DNA of 51,717 nucleotides from Candidatus Blautia avicola (GTDB lineage Bacteria; Bacillota; Clostridia; Lachnospirales; Lachnospiraceae): contig DWUY01000107.1 of assembly GCA_019120515.1 (NCBI GenBank), forward strand, positions 1-51,717, given 5' to 3'. Numbering within the stretch: the first letter of the stretch is position 1; each line of letters opens with the position of its first letter. The notes beneath the pieces are model-generated. The model had not been told where the DNA came from. It did not search any database and saw only the letters and a program-made list of their open reading frames with translations. Positions 29,154-38,875 of this stretch are shown one piece after another. A program made the translations under genes and the position numbers.

Positions 29154-30845
29154 TTATCTCCGGTACCGGTTAAAGCAGGAATAGATTTCCTGCCTCCTTG
29201 GCATGGCAAGACCGCAGGGCGTGTAGGAAGAGGAACAGATGCCTGGCAGCCCCTCTTTTTCCAGCTTTTTCTCTAAAAGATCGATAACCTGGGAAAGGCT
29301 TTTCCTGTGATCGATAAGATGCTCTCTGGCATATTTCAGCATCTGGCCCAGCGCGGCAGTCTGTTCGGGATCTGCGATCTGCTCGACATATCTTAAATCT
29401 ATGGTCTCCTTGCCCAGAGAGAAGGAGTCTTTTCCATGGACTTTCAGTTTCAGATCCTTATATCCGTCCCCTTTCACCGGCGGCGCGGTCATGATCCGGT
29501 TGGATTTCGGCATAATAAAGGCCGGAGCATGAGAGGCGTTAAGAGGATACTTTCCGCACAGGTCTTTTACTTTCTTTGTGATATCCAGAACCTGATAGCT
29601 GTCCATCTGGATCACTGTGTCTGCGATGTGGAAGAAAGCTCCGGAACTGCCGGCAACCAGAATGGTGGAGATCCCGGCTTTTTCATAAAGATCCCGCGCA
29701 CGCTCCAGAAAGGGAGTGATGGGCTCTTTTTCCCTGCTGATCACTTCCTGCATAAAAGCGTCCCGGACCATGAAGTTAGTAGCTGAGGTATCTTCATCCA
29801 GGAGCAGCAGTCTGGTGCCAGACTCCATGCCTTCTACGATCCCGGCAGCCTGGGAGGTGCTTCCGCTGGCATCCAGAGTGGAAAAACAGTGGGTATCCTT
29901 TTTATTGGGAAGATCGTTGATAAAAAGGGAGATATCTACATCTTTGATGAAACGCCCGTCTTCAGACCGTAGTTTCAGCGCAGAGGAGTCCGTGATCACA
30001 TATTCTCTTCCGTCACCGGAAATATGGTTGTAAACCCCCCTTTCCAGAGCGTTCAGCAGAGTGGATTTTCCGTGGTATCCTCCTCCGGCGATAAGTGTTA
30101 TGCCCTTTGGGATACCCATGCCCCGGATCCGGCCTTTGTGGGGAAGATCCATCTCCACCCGGAGAGATTCCGGAGACAGGAAGGGAATGCTCCCTTTCAT
30201 AGGCTTCTGGGAAATGCCGCTTTGTCTTGGCAGAATGGAATGATCTGCTACAAAGGCGGCCAGATCCCTTTTCGGAAGCTCCTGACGGATATATTCCTGA
30301 TCCTCTGCCAGAAAAATCGTCTGTTCGACAATTTTGGCAGACAGATTTTTATAGTACAGGCTTTTTGAAATACACAGAGGAAGGAAATCAAAAAGGATTT
30401 TTTCCAGTTCTGGAGCGTTTATAGTTCTCCCGTTTGCAGGAAATCCTACGGTAAAACGGAGAATGATCTCTTCATCTGTGATCTCACAGGCGGTCCGCTC
30501 CAAAATCTCCTGACCGCAGCGGGTGATGGAGATCAGGCCGCTTTTCCCGGAGCCTTTCGCCCGGAAACTGTAAGCAGAAATCTGTTCTTCAAATTTTCTG
30601 GTGAGAAGGTCCTGAAGAGCGATCCTGGTGACCGGAGACCGGAAACAGAGATCCGGGAATCCGGCTTTTTTTCTGGAAACAGAAATACTTACGTGAGAGG
30701 GGGAGGCAAAGGGGTCCCCCTGTACATGATCGATGGACAGAAGATAGTCGGGAAAGCGATAAACTCCTTTCAGGCTTTTATAGGCTGGATAGCTTTTCCG
30801 GTTTATAGAGGAAAGCTGTTGCCGAAGCTGTGTGGATGTAAACAT
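29154..30845 (-). CDS. Predicted ABC-class ATPase (COG3044 type, unknown function)
   Basis: DHVQGDPFASPS, Walker A GGGYHGKST, ASGSTSQAA, Walker B LLLDEDTSATNFM. Confidence 0.85.
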   Translation of the reverse strand: MFTSTQLRQQLSSINRKSYPAYKSLKGVYRFPDYLLSIDHVQGDPFASPSHVSISVSRKKAGFPDLCFRSPVTRIALQDLLTRKFEEQISAYSFRAKGSGKSGLISITRCGQEILERTACEITDEEIILRFTVGFPANGRTINAPELEKILFDFLPLCISKSLYYKNLSAKIVEQTIFLAEDQEYIRQELPKRDLAAFVADHSILPRQSGISQKPMKGSIPFLSPESLRVEMDLPHKGRIRGMGIPKGITLIAGGGYHGKSTLLNALERGVYNHISGDGREYVITDSSALKLRSEDGRFIKDVDISLFINDLPNKKDTHCFSTLDASGSTSQAAGIVEGMESGTRLLLLDEDTSATNFMVRDAFMQEVISREKEPITPFLERARDLYEKAGISTILVAGSSGAFFHIADTVIQMDSYQVLDITKKVKDLCGKYPLNASHAPAFIMPKSNRIMTAPPVKGDGYKDLKLKVHGKDSFSLGKETIDLRYVEQIADPEQTAALGQMLKYAREHLIDHRKSLSQVIDLLEKKLEKEGLPGICSSSYTPCGLAMPRRQEIYSCFNRYRR

Positions 30846-30879
30846 ACGGAACTCCTTTCGTATATATTTTTATAAAACA

Positions 30880-30909
30880 AAAACCCTTATGTCCCGAAGA
30901 CATAAGGGT
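30880..30909 (-). terminator. Terminator after tRNA-Arg
   Basis: ACCCTTATGTC/GACATAAGGGT hairpin with a T-run on the minus strand. Confidence 0.75.
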
Positions 30910-30915
30910 CAATAC

Positions 30916-30989
30916 CGTGCGTTAGAGGATTCGAACCCCCGGCCTTTTGATCCGTAGTCAAACGCTCTATCCAGCTGAGCTAAACGCAC
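30916..30989 (-). tRNA. tRNA-Arg (ACG)
   Basis: Reverse complement reads GTGCGTTTAGCTCAGCTGGATAGAGCGTTTGACT-ACG-GATCAAAAGGCCGGGGGTTCGAATCCTCTAACGCACG. Confidence 0.96.
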
Positions 30990-31023
30990 ATATAAATTGT
31001 TGTTTTCCTTGACAACAGAGACA

Positions 31024-31052
31024 ATTATAAGGGATAATCGGTGAAATGTCAA
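31024..31052 (-). promoter_or_regulatory. Consensus sigmaA promoter of tRNA-Arg
   Basis: Minus strand TTGACA, 17 bp, TATAAT. Confidence 0.85.
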
Positions 31053-31140
31053 TAAGAAATTTTTAAAAAATTCACTTTTATACTATGACAATACATGATA
31101 GAATAAAACCGTAATACACGATTTGGGAGGAGGGGGCTTT

Positions 31141-31809
31141 ATGTTTTGGGATCGGATAGGACTGAAGACGGATGGAAAAGAGAAATTCCGGAGAAATTAT
31201 GGTAGCTGTGTTCTGGTCAGCCTGATCATCAGTCTGATAACAGGAACCGGGGTCACCACTTATATAGACAGGTGGATGGATGACCATATATTTGCTTTAT
31301 GGATCCTGATCCCAGGGGCGGTGGTCCTTTTAATACAGATCCTGGTATTTTCTGTACTGGAAATGGGAGCCTGCAGATTTTATGTGGAAAACCGGGATTA
31401 TCAGGCGGGGATTTCCAAGATCCTTTTCGGATTTCAGTCCGGCCATTACGGAAATGTGGTGCTTGTGATGTTCCTTAGAGATCTGTTCATATTTTTGTGG
31501 ACACTGCTTCTGATCGTTCCGGGTATTATAAAAACTTACGAGTACAGGATGGTCCCTTATATTCTTGCGGAACAGCCGGATATCAGCAGCACCGATGCTT
31601 TTGCTATCAGTAAGGAAATGATGAGAGGACAGAAGCTGGAAGCTTTTGGACTGGATCTTTCTTTTATCGGATGGTGGCTGGGTTCTGTGATCACATGCGG
31701 GATTTTAGGGATTTTCTGGGTATCGCCTTATCAGGCGGCTACAAATGCAGAGCTTTACGCAGTTTTGAGAGACGACTGGATCAGAAGACATTCAGGCCGG
31801 GAGAATTAA
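31141..31809 (+). CDS. DUF975 family membrane protein
   Basis: LWTLLLIVPGIIKTYEYRMVPYILAE...SKEMMRGQK...LDLSFIGW; ATG at 31141 after GGAGG. Confidence 0.85.
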   Translation: MFWDRIGLKTDGKEKFRRNYGSCVLVSLIISLITGTGVTTYIDRWMDDHIFALWILIPGAVVLLIQILVFSVLEMGACRFYVENRDYQAGISKILFGFQSGHYGNVVLVMFLRDLFIFLWTLLLIVPGIIKTYEYRMVPYILAEQPDISSTDAFAISKEMMRGQKLEAFGLDLSFIGWWLGSVITCGILGIFWVSPYQAATNAELYAVLRDDWIRRHSGREN

Positions 31810-31904
31810 GGCGCGGACACGATTATTTTTAAAGGAACGACAGCGATCGGATCATGGCCGTGCCGGTACACTGGCAGTGACAGGAAGAAAGGGGATTATA
31901 AATA

Positions 31905-32519
31905 ATGGGTGAAGAATTGGAATTCAGGACCGCGGTAGGCGGTTACAAGAAAGATGATGTTCTGGAATACGTGGAAAACATGAACGATAGGCTTGATCAG
32001 ATGACCAGGGCTCATGAGAAAGAGACAAAGGGATATCAGGACAGGATCCAGGAACTGGAAGATCTGTTGAAGCAGGAAGAAGGAAAATGCACCGTGCTGG
32101 CAGAAGAACAGGATGAGCGTCTGGAGAGCCTGACTAAGGAAAACAACCGCCTGCAGGAGGAACTGACGGTTTCTGAAGAGAAGCTGAAACTTACCCAGCA
32201 GGACTATCTGAAGACGGAACAGATGAAAAATATGATCAAGGACAAGCTGGCCAGAGAAATCCTCCGTCTGAGAGAAGAGAATAAGATCCTGAAGGAAAAA
32301 CTGGAAGAGGCCAGGGGGAAAATCGGAAGCAGAGCGGATTATGAAGGAGTACATAGTGCGGTATCAGAAGTCCAGTATAAGATCGCAGAGTACGTGAATG
32401 TCCTGAATAAAACCCAGCAGAAGCTGGCAGGTACCTATCAGGATATGAACAGTATTAAAAAACGGATCGCAGAACAGATTGAAAAGATTGAAAAAGAAGT
32501 GGCACAGGAAGAAAAATAG
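31905..32519 (+). CDS. Coiled-coil protein with a DivIVA-like N-terminus
   Basis: FRTAVGGYKKDDVLEYVE resembles the DivIVA N-terminal motif; the rest is heptad-rich. Confidence 0.6.
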   Translation: MGEELEFRTAVGGYKKDDVLEYVENMNDRLDQMTRAHEKETKGYQDRIQELEDLLKQEEGKCTVLAEEQDERLESLTKENNRLQEELTVSEEKLKLTQQDYLKTEQMKNMIKDKLAREILRLREENKILKEKLEEARGKIGSRADYEGVHSAVSEVQYKIAEYVNVLNKTQQKLAGTYQDMNSIKKRIAEQIEKIEKEVAQEEK

Positions 32520-32541
32520 GGTAAAAAATACCCCTTCGGTG

Positions 32542-32606
32542 GGTGCTAAATATGTACCGTTGGCACACAGCACCGCCAAATGGACATGCCAGTATGTCCG
32601 CTTGGC
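32542..32606. repeat. Two-hairpin REP-like element
   Basis: GGTGCT...AGCACC (32542-32574) followed by GCCAA-GGACAT...ATGTCC-TTGGC (32575-32606). Confidence 0.5.
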
Positions 32607-32628
32607 TCGCTGCTGGCAGGAATCAAAG

Positions 32629-32683
32629 AAAAGCCGCCGCGTAAAGAACTGATCTTCTCAGGACTTTACGCAGCGGCTTTTTT
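32629..32683. terminator. Bidirectional terminator
   Basis: AAAAGCCGCCGCGTAAAG...CTTTACGCAGCGGCTTTTTT. Confidence 0.75.
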
Positions 32684-32688
32684 GAAAA

Positions 32689-33087
32689 TTAGGAATCCTT
32701 TTCTGAAGTCTGGAGCTTTTCCTCCATGAGACGGGTGTGACGCTTAATAGCCTCAAAGCTTTCTGCGCTTATCACATGTTCCATACGGCAGGCATCCTCT
32801 GCAGCTACTTTAGGATCAACTCCCAACTGCTCCAGCCATGAGCTGAGAAGACGATGGCGCTCGTATATCTTGTCAGCGATCGCTTTCCCAGAAGGGGTAA
32901 GGGTGATGAATCCATCGTGATCCATTTGGATATATCCGTTCAGACGAAGATTTTTCATAGCGACACTGACGCTGGGTTTGGAAAAATTCAGTTCATTGGC
33001 GATATCGATAGAACGTACCTGCGGTTTACGGTTTCCGATGATCAGAATAGTTTCCAGATAATTTTCTGCTGATTCCTGTATCTTCAT
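32689..33087 (-). CDS. DtxR/MntR family metal-dependent transcriptional regulator
   Basis: ESAENYLETI, RSIDIA...SKPSVS, ERHRLL, EDACRMEH. Confidence 0.92.
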   Translation of the reverse strand: MKIQESAENYLETILIIGNRKPQVRSIDIANELNFSKPSVSVAMKNLRLNGYIQMDHDGFITLTPSGKAIADKIYERHRLLSSWLEQLGVDPKVAAEDACRMEHVISAESFEAIKRHTRLMEEKLQTSEKDS

Positions 33088-33400
33088 GACAGCGGCTCCT
33101 TCCTATAATGTATTTATAAGATACCAGGGTCGAATATGGGGAGGATTGTGACGGCAGGCAACAGGTCACGATCCGGGGTATCGTAGCCGGGATCTTTGTC
33201 CCGGCGTCTTTATACTAGGATATCATATTTTCAGGGGAAGTTCAAACATAAGAAAAAGTTTATATTTACATCCGAAAGCTTTTGTAATAGAATAAAAGGC
33301 AGGATTTAGCTGCATTCAGGCAGTAGAAGATACTAAGGTTGTTTAGATATATCAGACGGATATGGATGTCCGCTCTGAACCGGTTTCAGGAGGATAAAAT

Positions 33401-34408
33401 ATGAGCAATGTGATAATACCGGAACACTATCATTCCTGTTTGTCCAGGTACGAGACCCAGGAAGCTATCGGGGTGATCAAGCATGTGATGGAAAAGAAGC
33501 TGTGTATGGCTTTAAAGCTGAAAAGAGTGACGGCCCCGCTGTTTGTAGACCCGGCTTCCGGATTAAATGACGATCTGAACGGAGTGGAAAGACCTGTTAC
33601 TTTTGATATCCCGGATGCGGGAACCCAGGCTCAGGTAGTCCATTCTCTGGCAAAGTGGAAACGAATGGCCCTCTATCGTTACGATTTTCATGTAGGAAAA
33701 GGACTTCTCACAGATATGAATGCGATCAGAAGAGACGAAGAGCTGGATAATCTTCATTCTGTATATGTAGATCAGTGGGACTGGGAAAAGATCATAACAA
33801 GAGAAGACCGAAATCTGGAATACCTGAAAAATACGGTGAACCGTATTGCGGGAGCTATCTGCAATGCTCTGGATGAGGTGAAATATCAGTATGAAAATCT
33901 GGATACAGAGCTTTGCAGGGAGGTTTCTTTTATTACTTCTCAGGAATTGGAAGATATGTATCCTGAAGTTTCTCCAAAGGAGAGGGAGAATCTCTATGTA
34001 AAAGAGCATAAGACTGCTTTTATCATGCAGATCGGAGACCTGCTGGCTTCCGGTCAGAAACATGACGGCAGAGCTCCTGATTATGACGACTGGAAACTGA
34101 ATGGGGATCTGCTGTTCTGGCATGAACCTCTTCAGTGCGCATTGGAAATCTCTTCTATGGGAATCCGTGTAGATGAAAGATCTCTGGATGAGCAGCTTAC
34201 TAAGGCGGGCTGTGATGAAAGAAGAAAGCTGCCATTTCACAAAATGCTGCTGGAGGGAAAACTTCCCCTTACCATCGGCGGTGGGATCGGGCAGTCCAGG
34301 ATCTGTATGCTGCTTTTGAAAAAAGCGCATATCGGAGAAGTACAGTCTTCTATCTGGGATGAGAAGACATTAAAGGCCTGTGAAGAGGCTGGGATTGAGA
34401 TCTTGTAG
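33401..34408 (+). CDS. asnA: Aspartate--ammonia ligase
   Basis: VVHSLAKWKR, HSVYVDQWDWE, RAPDYDDW, TIGGGIGQSR; promoter TTTACA-17-TAGAAT at 33265-33293. Confidence 0.96.
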   Translation: MSNVIIPEHYHSCLSRYETQEAIGVIKHVMEKKLCMALKLKRVTAPLFVDPASGLNDDLNGVERPVTFDIPDAGTQAQVVHSLAKWKRMALYRYDFHVGKGLLTDMNAIRRDEELDNLHSVYVDQWDWEKIITREDRNLEYLKNTVNRIAGAICNALDEVKYQYENLDTELCREVSFITSQELEDMYPEVSPKERENLYVKEHKTAFIMQIGDLLASGQKHDGRAPDYDDWKLNGDLLFWHEPLQCALEISSMGIRVDERSLDEQLTKAGCDERRKLPFHKMLLEGKLPLTIGGGIGQSRICMLLLKKAHIGEVQSSIWDEKTLKACEEAGIEIL

Positions 34409-34499
34409 TAAGTAGCCTGAACATAAGCGAAGAGTTGCCATTTATGGATTTATAGTGAAATAAGTTATATTTTACGGACAGAATGGCAGGAGGTTAAGA

Positions 34500-36740
34500 T
34501 TGAAATTAAAAAAGCTGAAGAAAGTATTGGCTCTATCTGTTGCGGTATCTGTTGCGGTTCCGGGAAGTGTTTGGGCAGCGGCGCCGGGAGAAAAAATGTC
34601 AGTAGAGGAATATGAAGCCGGAGGCGGATGTCTGCCGGAGGGGTTTCATTACATATTAGATGAGAACGGACTTGTGACGATCCTGGATGATGGCAGCGCA
34701 GCGATGGAGGAGAATATATCAGAAGAAACCGAAGATCCGGGGACAGAGATATCAGAAGAAATCCAAGATCCGGAAACAGAGACATCAGAGGAAGAAACCC
34801 AAGATCCGGAAACGGAGATACCAGAGGAAGAAACCCAAGATCCGGAAACGGAGACATCAGAAGAAATCCAAGATCCGGGATCGGAGATGCCGGAAGAGGG
34901 GACAGAAGATCCCGCGCCGGAAAATCCGGAATCCGGAGATGTAGAAGGAAATCAGCCTGAAGCGCCGGAAAGCGGAGAAGGCGAGGAAATGGAAAGCGAA
35001 ACTCCGGAAGGAGAAAATGCAGAAGAGATTACTCCTGAAGCGCCGGAGGGAGAAGAAACAGAAACCCCGGAAGAGGAAGAAACCGGAGAAACACCAGAAG
35101 AAAATAGTGAGGAACCTGAGAATGAGACTCCGGAAGCCTACGAGGCCAGAACCGGATATGTGCTGCCGGAAGGATATCAGTATGTTCTGGATGAAAACGG
35201 CTTTGTGATCCTTTTGGAGAACGGTTCTCCTCAGATTGAAGCAGTCAGCGAAGAGGCGCCTTCTACTAACGAGGAACTTGTGGCCAAGCAGCAGATCGTA
35301 CAGCTTCCGGTAATGGTGGAAGACTTCCGCTTCTGGACAGTGGCCAGAAAATATGCTTTTGCCGTTGATAACATTGAGATCAAGGAGGAAATGGATCAAG
35401 GATCCAGAAGCATCGGAAGCCTGGAAAAAGACGGACTGTGCTATATTCTTAAGGAAGAAGATGGCTGGCTGTATGTGGAGTCTGGAAGAGTCAGAGGTTT
35501 TGTACAGACAGAACAGGTGATGACCGGCGATGGGGCCCAGGAACTTCTTACAAAATATCAGGAACAGGCAAAGGAAAAAGCCGCTGCGGAAGGTACTGAA
35601 TATACCGGCATCGAAGGAACGGCGCCTATGGCTCAGGAATTAGTTCCGTGGCTGGAAAACAATGCTTTTTTATATCTGAGAGCTACGGTAAATCAGACAG
35701 TTGTGGATAAAGATTATGCAGTAACCACTGCAAGCCTTCTGAATGTAAGAGAGGGAAAAAGCACAGACGCTAGGATCGTAGGTACTCTTTCCCAGGGAAG
35801 TCTCTGCTATATTCTGGCGGACAAGGATCAGGATTGGGTATACATAGAATCCGGAGATGTCCGGGGATTTGTAAGCAGACAATATATTGATTATGGTGAA
35901 TCTGTAAAGACTGCTGTGGAGCAGGCCGGAGAGGAAAGTTATGCTACGGCTGATAAGCTGGTGGAGCCCGGCGACAACCAGGCCTGTTATTATACCCTCA
36001 CTTCTGTGAAATCAGGAGTACCGGGAGGAGAGGTGAGAAGCTCTGTTGTAGAATTTGCTTCTCAGTTCATTGGAAATCCTTATGTCTGGGGCGGTACAAG
36101 CCTGACGGAAGGGGCTGACTGCTCAGGATTTGTCCAGAGCATTTATAAGGAATATGGAGTAGACCTTCCAAGGGTTGCAGCGGATCAGGCTCAGTATGGG
36201 ACCAAGATCGCTGTGGAAGACGCCCAGCCGGGAGATCTGATCTTTTATGCAAAGGACGGTTATATATACCATGTGGTGATCTACGCGGGAAACGGAAAGA
36301 CAGTTGAGGCTATGGGTACCAAATACGGTATTGTCCAGGGAAACCTGAATACAGCTAACGCTGTGTGGGCTACGAGAGTGCTGGATGATACAAATTATGT
36401 ATATTCCAGCGGAGACATCGCAGAAGTCAACGCTACAGAGGATATGTACGGGGAATATCTGGGAAATTATAAACTGACCTATTACTGCTCCTGCGAGCTG
36501 TGCTGTGATGTGGAGACAGGAATTACGGCTACCGGCACTCCGGTAGTGGAAGGCCAGACTATTGCAGTAGATCCAAACGTGATCCCATATGGCACGCAGG
36601 TTATTATCAATGGTCATGTATTTACCGCAGAGGACTGTGGCGGAGCGATCGAGGGCAACCGGATCGATATTTACGTCAACGACCATGACAGGGCAAATGC
36701 ACTGGGCGTAAATTACGCAGACGTATATTTAGTTAAATAA
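34500..36740 (+). CDS. Secreted cell-wall hydrolase: acidic repeats, two SH3-like domains, NlpC/P60 and 3D domain
   Basis: Signal peptide; two W-x-Y-x-ESG-x-VRGFV SH3-like units; PYVWGG...DCSGF...HVVIY; IAVDP...AEDCGGAIEGNRIDIY. TTG start after GGAGG. Confidence 0.88.
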   Translation: MKLKKLKKVLALSVAVSVAVPGSVWAAAPGEKMSVEEYEAGGGCLPEGFHYILDENGLVTILDDGSAAMEENISEETEDPGTEISEEIQDPETETSEEETQDPETEIPEEETQDPETETSEEIQDPGSEMPEEGTEDPAPENPESGDVEGNQPEAPESGEGEEMESETPEGENAEEITPEAPEGEETETPEEEETGETPEENSEEPENETPEAYEARTGYVLPEGYQYVLDENGFVILLENGSPQIEAVSEEAPSTNEELVAKQQIVQLPVMVEDFRFWTVARKYAFAVDNIEIKEEMDQGSRSIGSLEKDGLCYILKEEDGWLYVESGRVRGFVQTEQVMTGDGAQELLTKYQEQAKEKAAAEGTEYTGIEGTAPMAQELVPWLENNAFLYLRATVNQTVVDKDYAVTTASLLNVREGKSTDARIVGTLSQGSLCYILADKDQDWVYIESGDVRGFVSRQYIDYGESVKTAVEQAGEESYATADKLVEPGDNQACYYTLTSVKSGVPGGEVRSSVVEFASQFIGNPYVWGGTSLTEGADCSGFVQSIYKEYGVDLPRVAADQAQYGTKIAVEDAQPGDLIFYAKDGYIYHVVIYAGNGKTVEAMGTKYGIVQGNLNTANAVWATRVLDDTNYVYSSGDIAEVNATEDMYGEYLGNYKLTYYCSCELCCDVETGITATGTPVVEGQTIAVDPNVIPYGTQVIINGHVFTAEDCGGAIEGNRIDIYVNDHDRANALGVNYADVYLVK
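34719..34912 (+). repeat. Six 33/36-bp coding tandem repeats (EETQDPETE-like)
   Basis: GATCC cores at 34734, 34767, 34803, 34839, 34872 and 34908. Confidence 0.85.
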
Positions 36741-36756
36741 AAGTTTTGATATAAAG

Positions 36757-36802
36757 AAAAGGGAAGTTTCCAGGACGGTGGTCCTTGGAAACTTCCTTTT
36801 TT
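36757..36802. terminator. Bidirectional terminator
   Basis: AAAAGGGAAGTTTCCAGGAC...GTCCTTGGAAACTTCCTTTTTT. Confidence 0.85.
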
Positions 36803-36805
36803 GGA

Positions 36806-37462
36806 TCATAAAGAAAGATAATCTCTCCACACATAACCGGTCTGCCCTTCATAGATCACCCGGTACCAGCCATTTGCGCAGATCCCTGTGACGGTTACAG
36901 AATCTCCTCCGTCCAGGATCCCTAATATTTCAGATCCGCTCTGGGCGTCGGCCCGGACATTGACAGAGCTGACCACGTAGGCAGTCTGACGGGTGGATTC
37001 TACCTCAACGCCGCTGTCAGGAAGATCCTGGCCGGCCTCTGTTTCTTCTTCCTCATTTTCAGAATAAGTTCCGTCTTCTGACCTGGAAATACCGTCTCTG
37101 GCTTTTTCTGCCAGTGCCATAACGCTGGAATTATCCTCTTCGGTTATGATCCTGCGGACCCGGACATTGCTGGTATCTGTGCCGTCTATTCCTCCTACGT
37201 AGATGAGCGTTACCTCATTGCCGGGAATGATCCCGTTTACGCATTCGACTTCTGTAGAGGAGCAGTCTTCAAAGGAGAGCTCCTGTCCCTCATCTGTTTC
37301 AATAGAAATTTCTGAACCGGTATACTTTGTAAGCGTTCCTGTCATGGAGGAAGAAACCGCATCCAGTTCCGCTTCTTCTTCCTCCCGGGAATTTCTTCCG
37401 CTGCAGGCGGAAAAAGAGAGAAAGATGGTCAATGTCATCATCAGCAGCAAAAATTTTCTCAT
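36806..37462 (-). CDS. Lipoprotein with a C-terminal SH3b domain
   Basis: Lipobox FSAC; VNVRADA...GWYRVIYEGQTGYV. Confidence 0.8.
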   Translation of the reverse strand: MRKFLLLMMTLTIFLSFSACSGRNSREEEEAELDAVSSSMTGTLTKYTGSEISIETDEGQELSFEDCSSTEVECVNGIIPGNEVTLIYVGGIDGTDTSNVRVRRIITEEDNSSVMALAEKARDGISRSEDGTYSENEEEETEAGQDLPDSGVEVESTRQTAYVVSSVNVRADAQSGSEILGILDGGDSVTVTGICANGWYRVIYEGQTGYVWRDYLSL

Positions 37463-37507
37463 TCAAATACCTCCTGTTTCAGATAGGATAATAGATTCAA
37501 AAGTATT

Positions 37508-38875
37508 TTATGCCAGCATTCGTTTTTCCAAGTGCTTCCGGAAGATCAGCAGAAAAGCCACAGAGGACATGACCGCGCTGATCCCGTCTGCCAGAGGCTG
37601 GGCGTAGAAGGCGCTTCTGGCTCCGAAGAATGCAGGGAGGACGATGGTAAATAACATGTAGTCTCCCTTCCGGAATACAGAAAGAAAGAGCGCGGTCTTA
37701 CTTCTTCCCAGGGCTGTAAATCCATCTACAAATACGTACTGGAAGCTGAGAGGAATGATCATCAGGGTGAATACATGTATCCCCCATACGCACAGATCGG
37801 TCTGTCCGGGATCTCTGGTGAAGATACGGATGAAATACTCCGGAATCGTTCTGGACACCAGGAACATCATGGCGGTGAAGCACAGACACAGCAGCAATAT
37901 GTATTTTTCCGCCGATTTTACCCGGTCAATGTTTTTCGCACCGTAATTGTAGCTTAAGATTGCCTGTGTCCCGCTGGAAATCCCCAGCATGGGACCGGTG
38001 ATCAGCATCATGTAGCTCTGCACGATGGTAGCGCAGGTGATCAGCAGATCGCCCTCGGAGGGTCCGCCATAGGACTGGAGTACGGTATTGAGTACAATAA
38101 GGATCACGCTGTCTGTGGCCAGGATCAGGAAGGGAGAAATCCCCAGAGTCAGGATCTTCTGGAGGATCACAGGCGATAAATTTCTTTTCCTGAGAAGGGT
38201 GATCTTTACAGGGATCTTTTTGCCGGTGAGAAAGCGAAAGGCAAAGGCACAGGATACAAACTGGGCGATCACTGTGGCGATAGCTGCTCCGGCTACATTC
38301 ATATGAAATCCGAAAATAAATACAGGATCCAGCAGGATATTGGTCAGCGCGCCTATGATCACCGTAAGCATGCCGATCCCGGGAAAGCCCTGGCAGGTAA
38401 TGAAATAGTTCAGCCCCACAGCCATAAGGGCGAAAAAGGTACCTGCCGTGTAAATGGTCAGGTAAGAATCCGCATAGGGGAAAGTAGCGGCACTGGCGCC
38501 GAACCAGTTCAGCAGATGTCTCTTGATCAGCAAAAAGAAGAAGGTCAGAAGTGCCGAGAACAATACCAGCAGAATAAAACTGTGGGCCAGTATGTTTTCC
38601 GCCTGTTTCTTTCTGCCTGCCCCCATGCGCATGGCCATTAAAATAGAACCTCCCAGTCCTATCAGAGTTCCGAAGGAAGTCAGGAGGGTAACAATAGGAC
38701 CGCATACGCCCACCCCTGCAAGTGCCTCATCACCGATCCTGGGGATATTTCCGATAAACATCCGGTCCACGGTACTGTACAGCACATTCACAAACTGAGC
38801 GATCATAGATGGAACTGCCAGTTTCAGGACCAGCAAAGGAACTTTGTCTTTTCCTAAATCTGTTGTCTTTTGCAT
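37508..38875 (-). CDS. MATE family efflux transporter
   Basis: LAVPSMIAQFVNVLYSTVDRMFIG, NILLDPVFIF, GAAIATVIAQ, SYNYGA; TTG start. Confidence 0.93.
   Translation of the reverse strand: MQKTTDLGKDKVPLLVLKLAVPSMIAQFVNVLYSTVDRMFIGNIPRIGDEALAGVGVCGPIVTLLTSFGTLIGLGGSILMAMRMGAGRKKQAENILAHSFILLVLFSALLTFFFLLIKRHLLNWFGASAATFPYADSYLTIYTAGTFFALMAVGLNYFITCQGFPGIGMLTVIIGALTNILLDPVFIFGFHMNVAGAAIATVIAQFVSCAFAFRFLTGKKIPVKITLLRKRNLSPVILQKILTLGISPFLILATDSVILIVLNTVLQSYGGPSEGDLLITCATIVQSYMMLITGPMLGISSGTQAILSYNYGAKNIDRVKSAEKYILLLCLCFTAMMFLVSRTIPEYFIRIFTRDPGQTDLCVWGIHVFTLMIIPLSFQYVFVDGFTALGRSKTALFLSVFRKGDYMLFTIVLPAFFGARSAFYAQPLADGISAVMSSVAFLLIFRKHLEKRMLA

Noticed and set aside
33295-33400. T-box leader before asnA
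   Set aside because: No GGTGGNACC T-box or terminator, and the leader is only about 100 nt.
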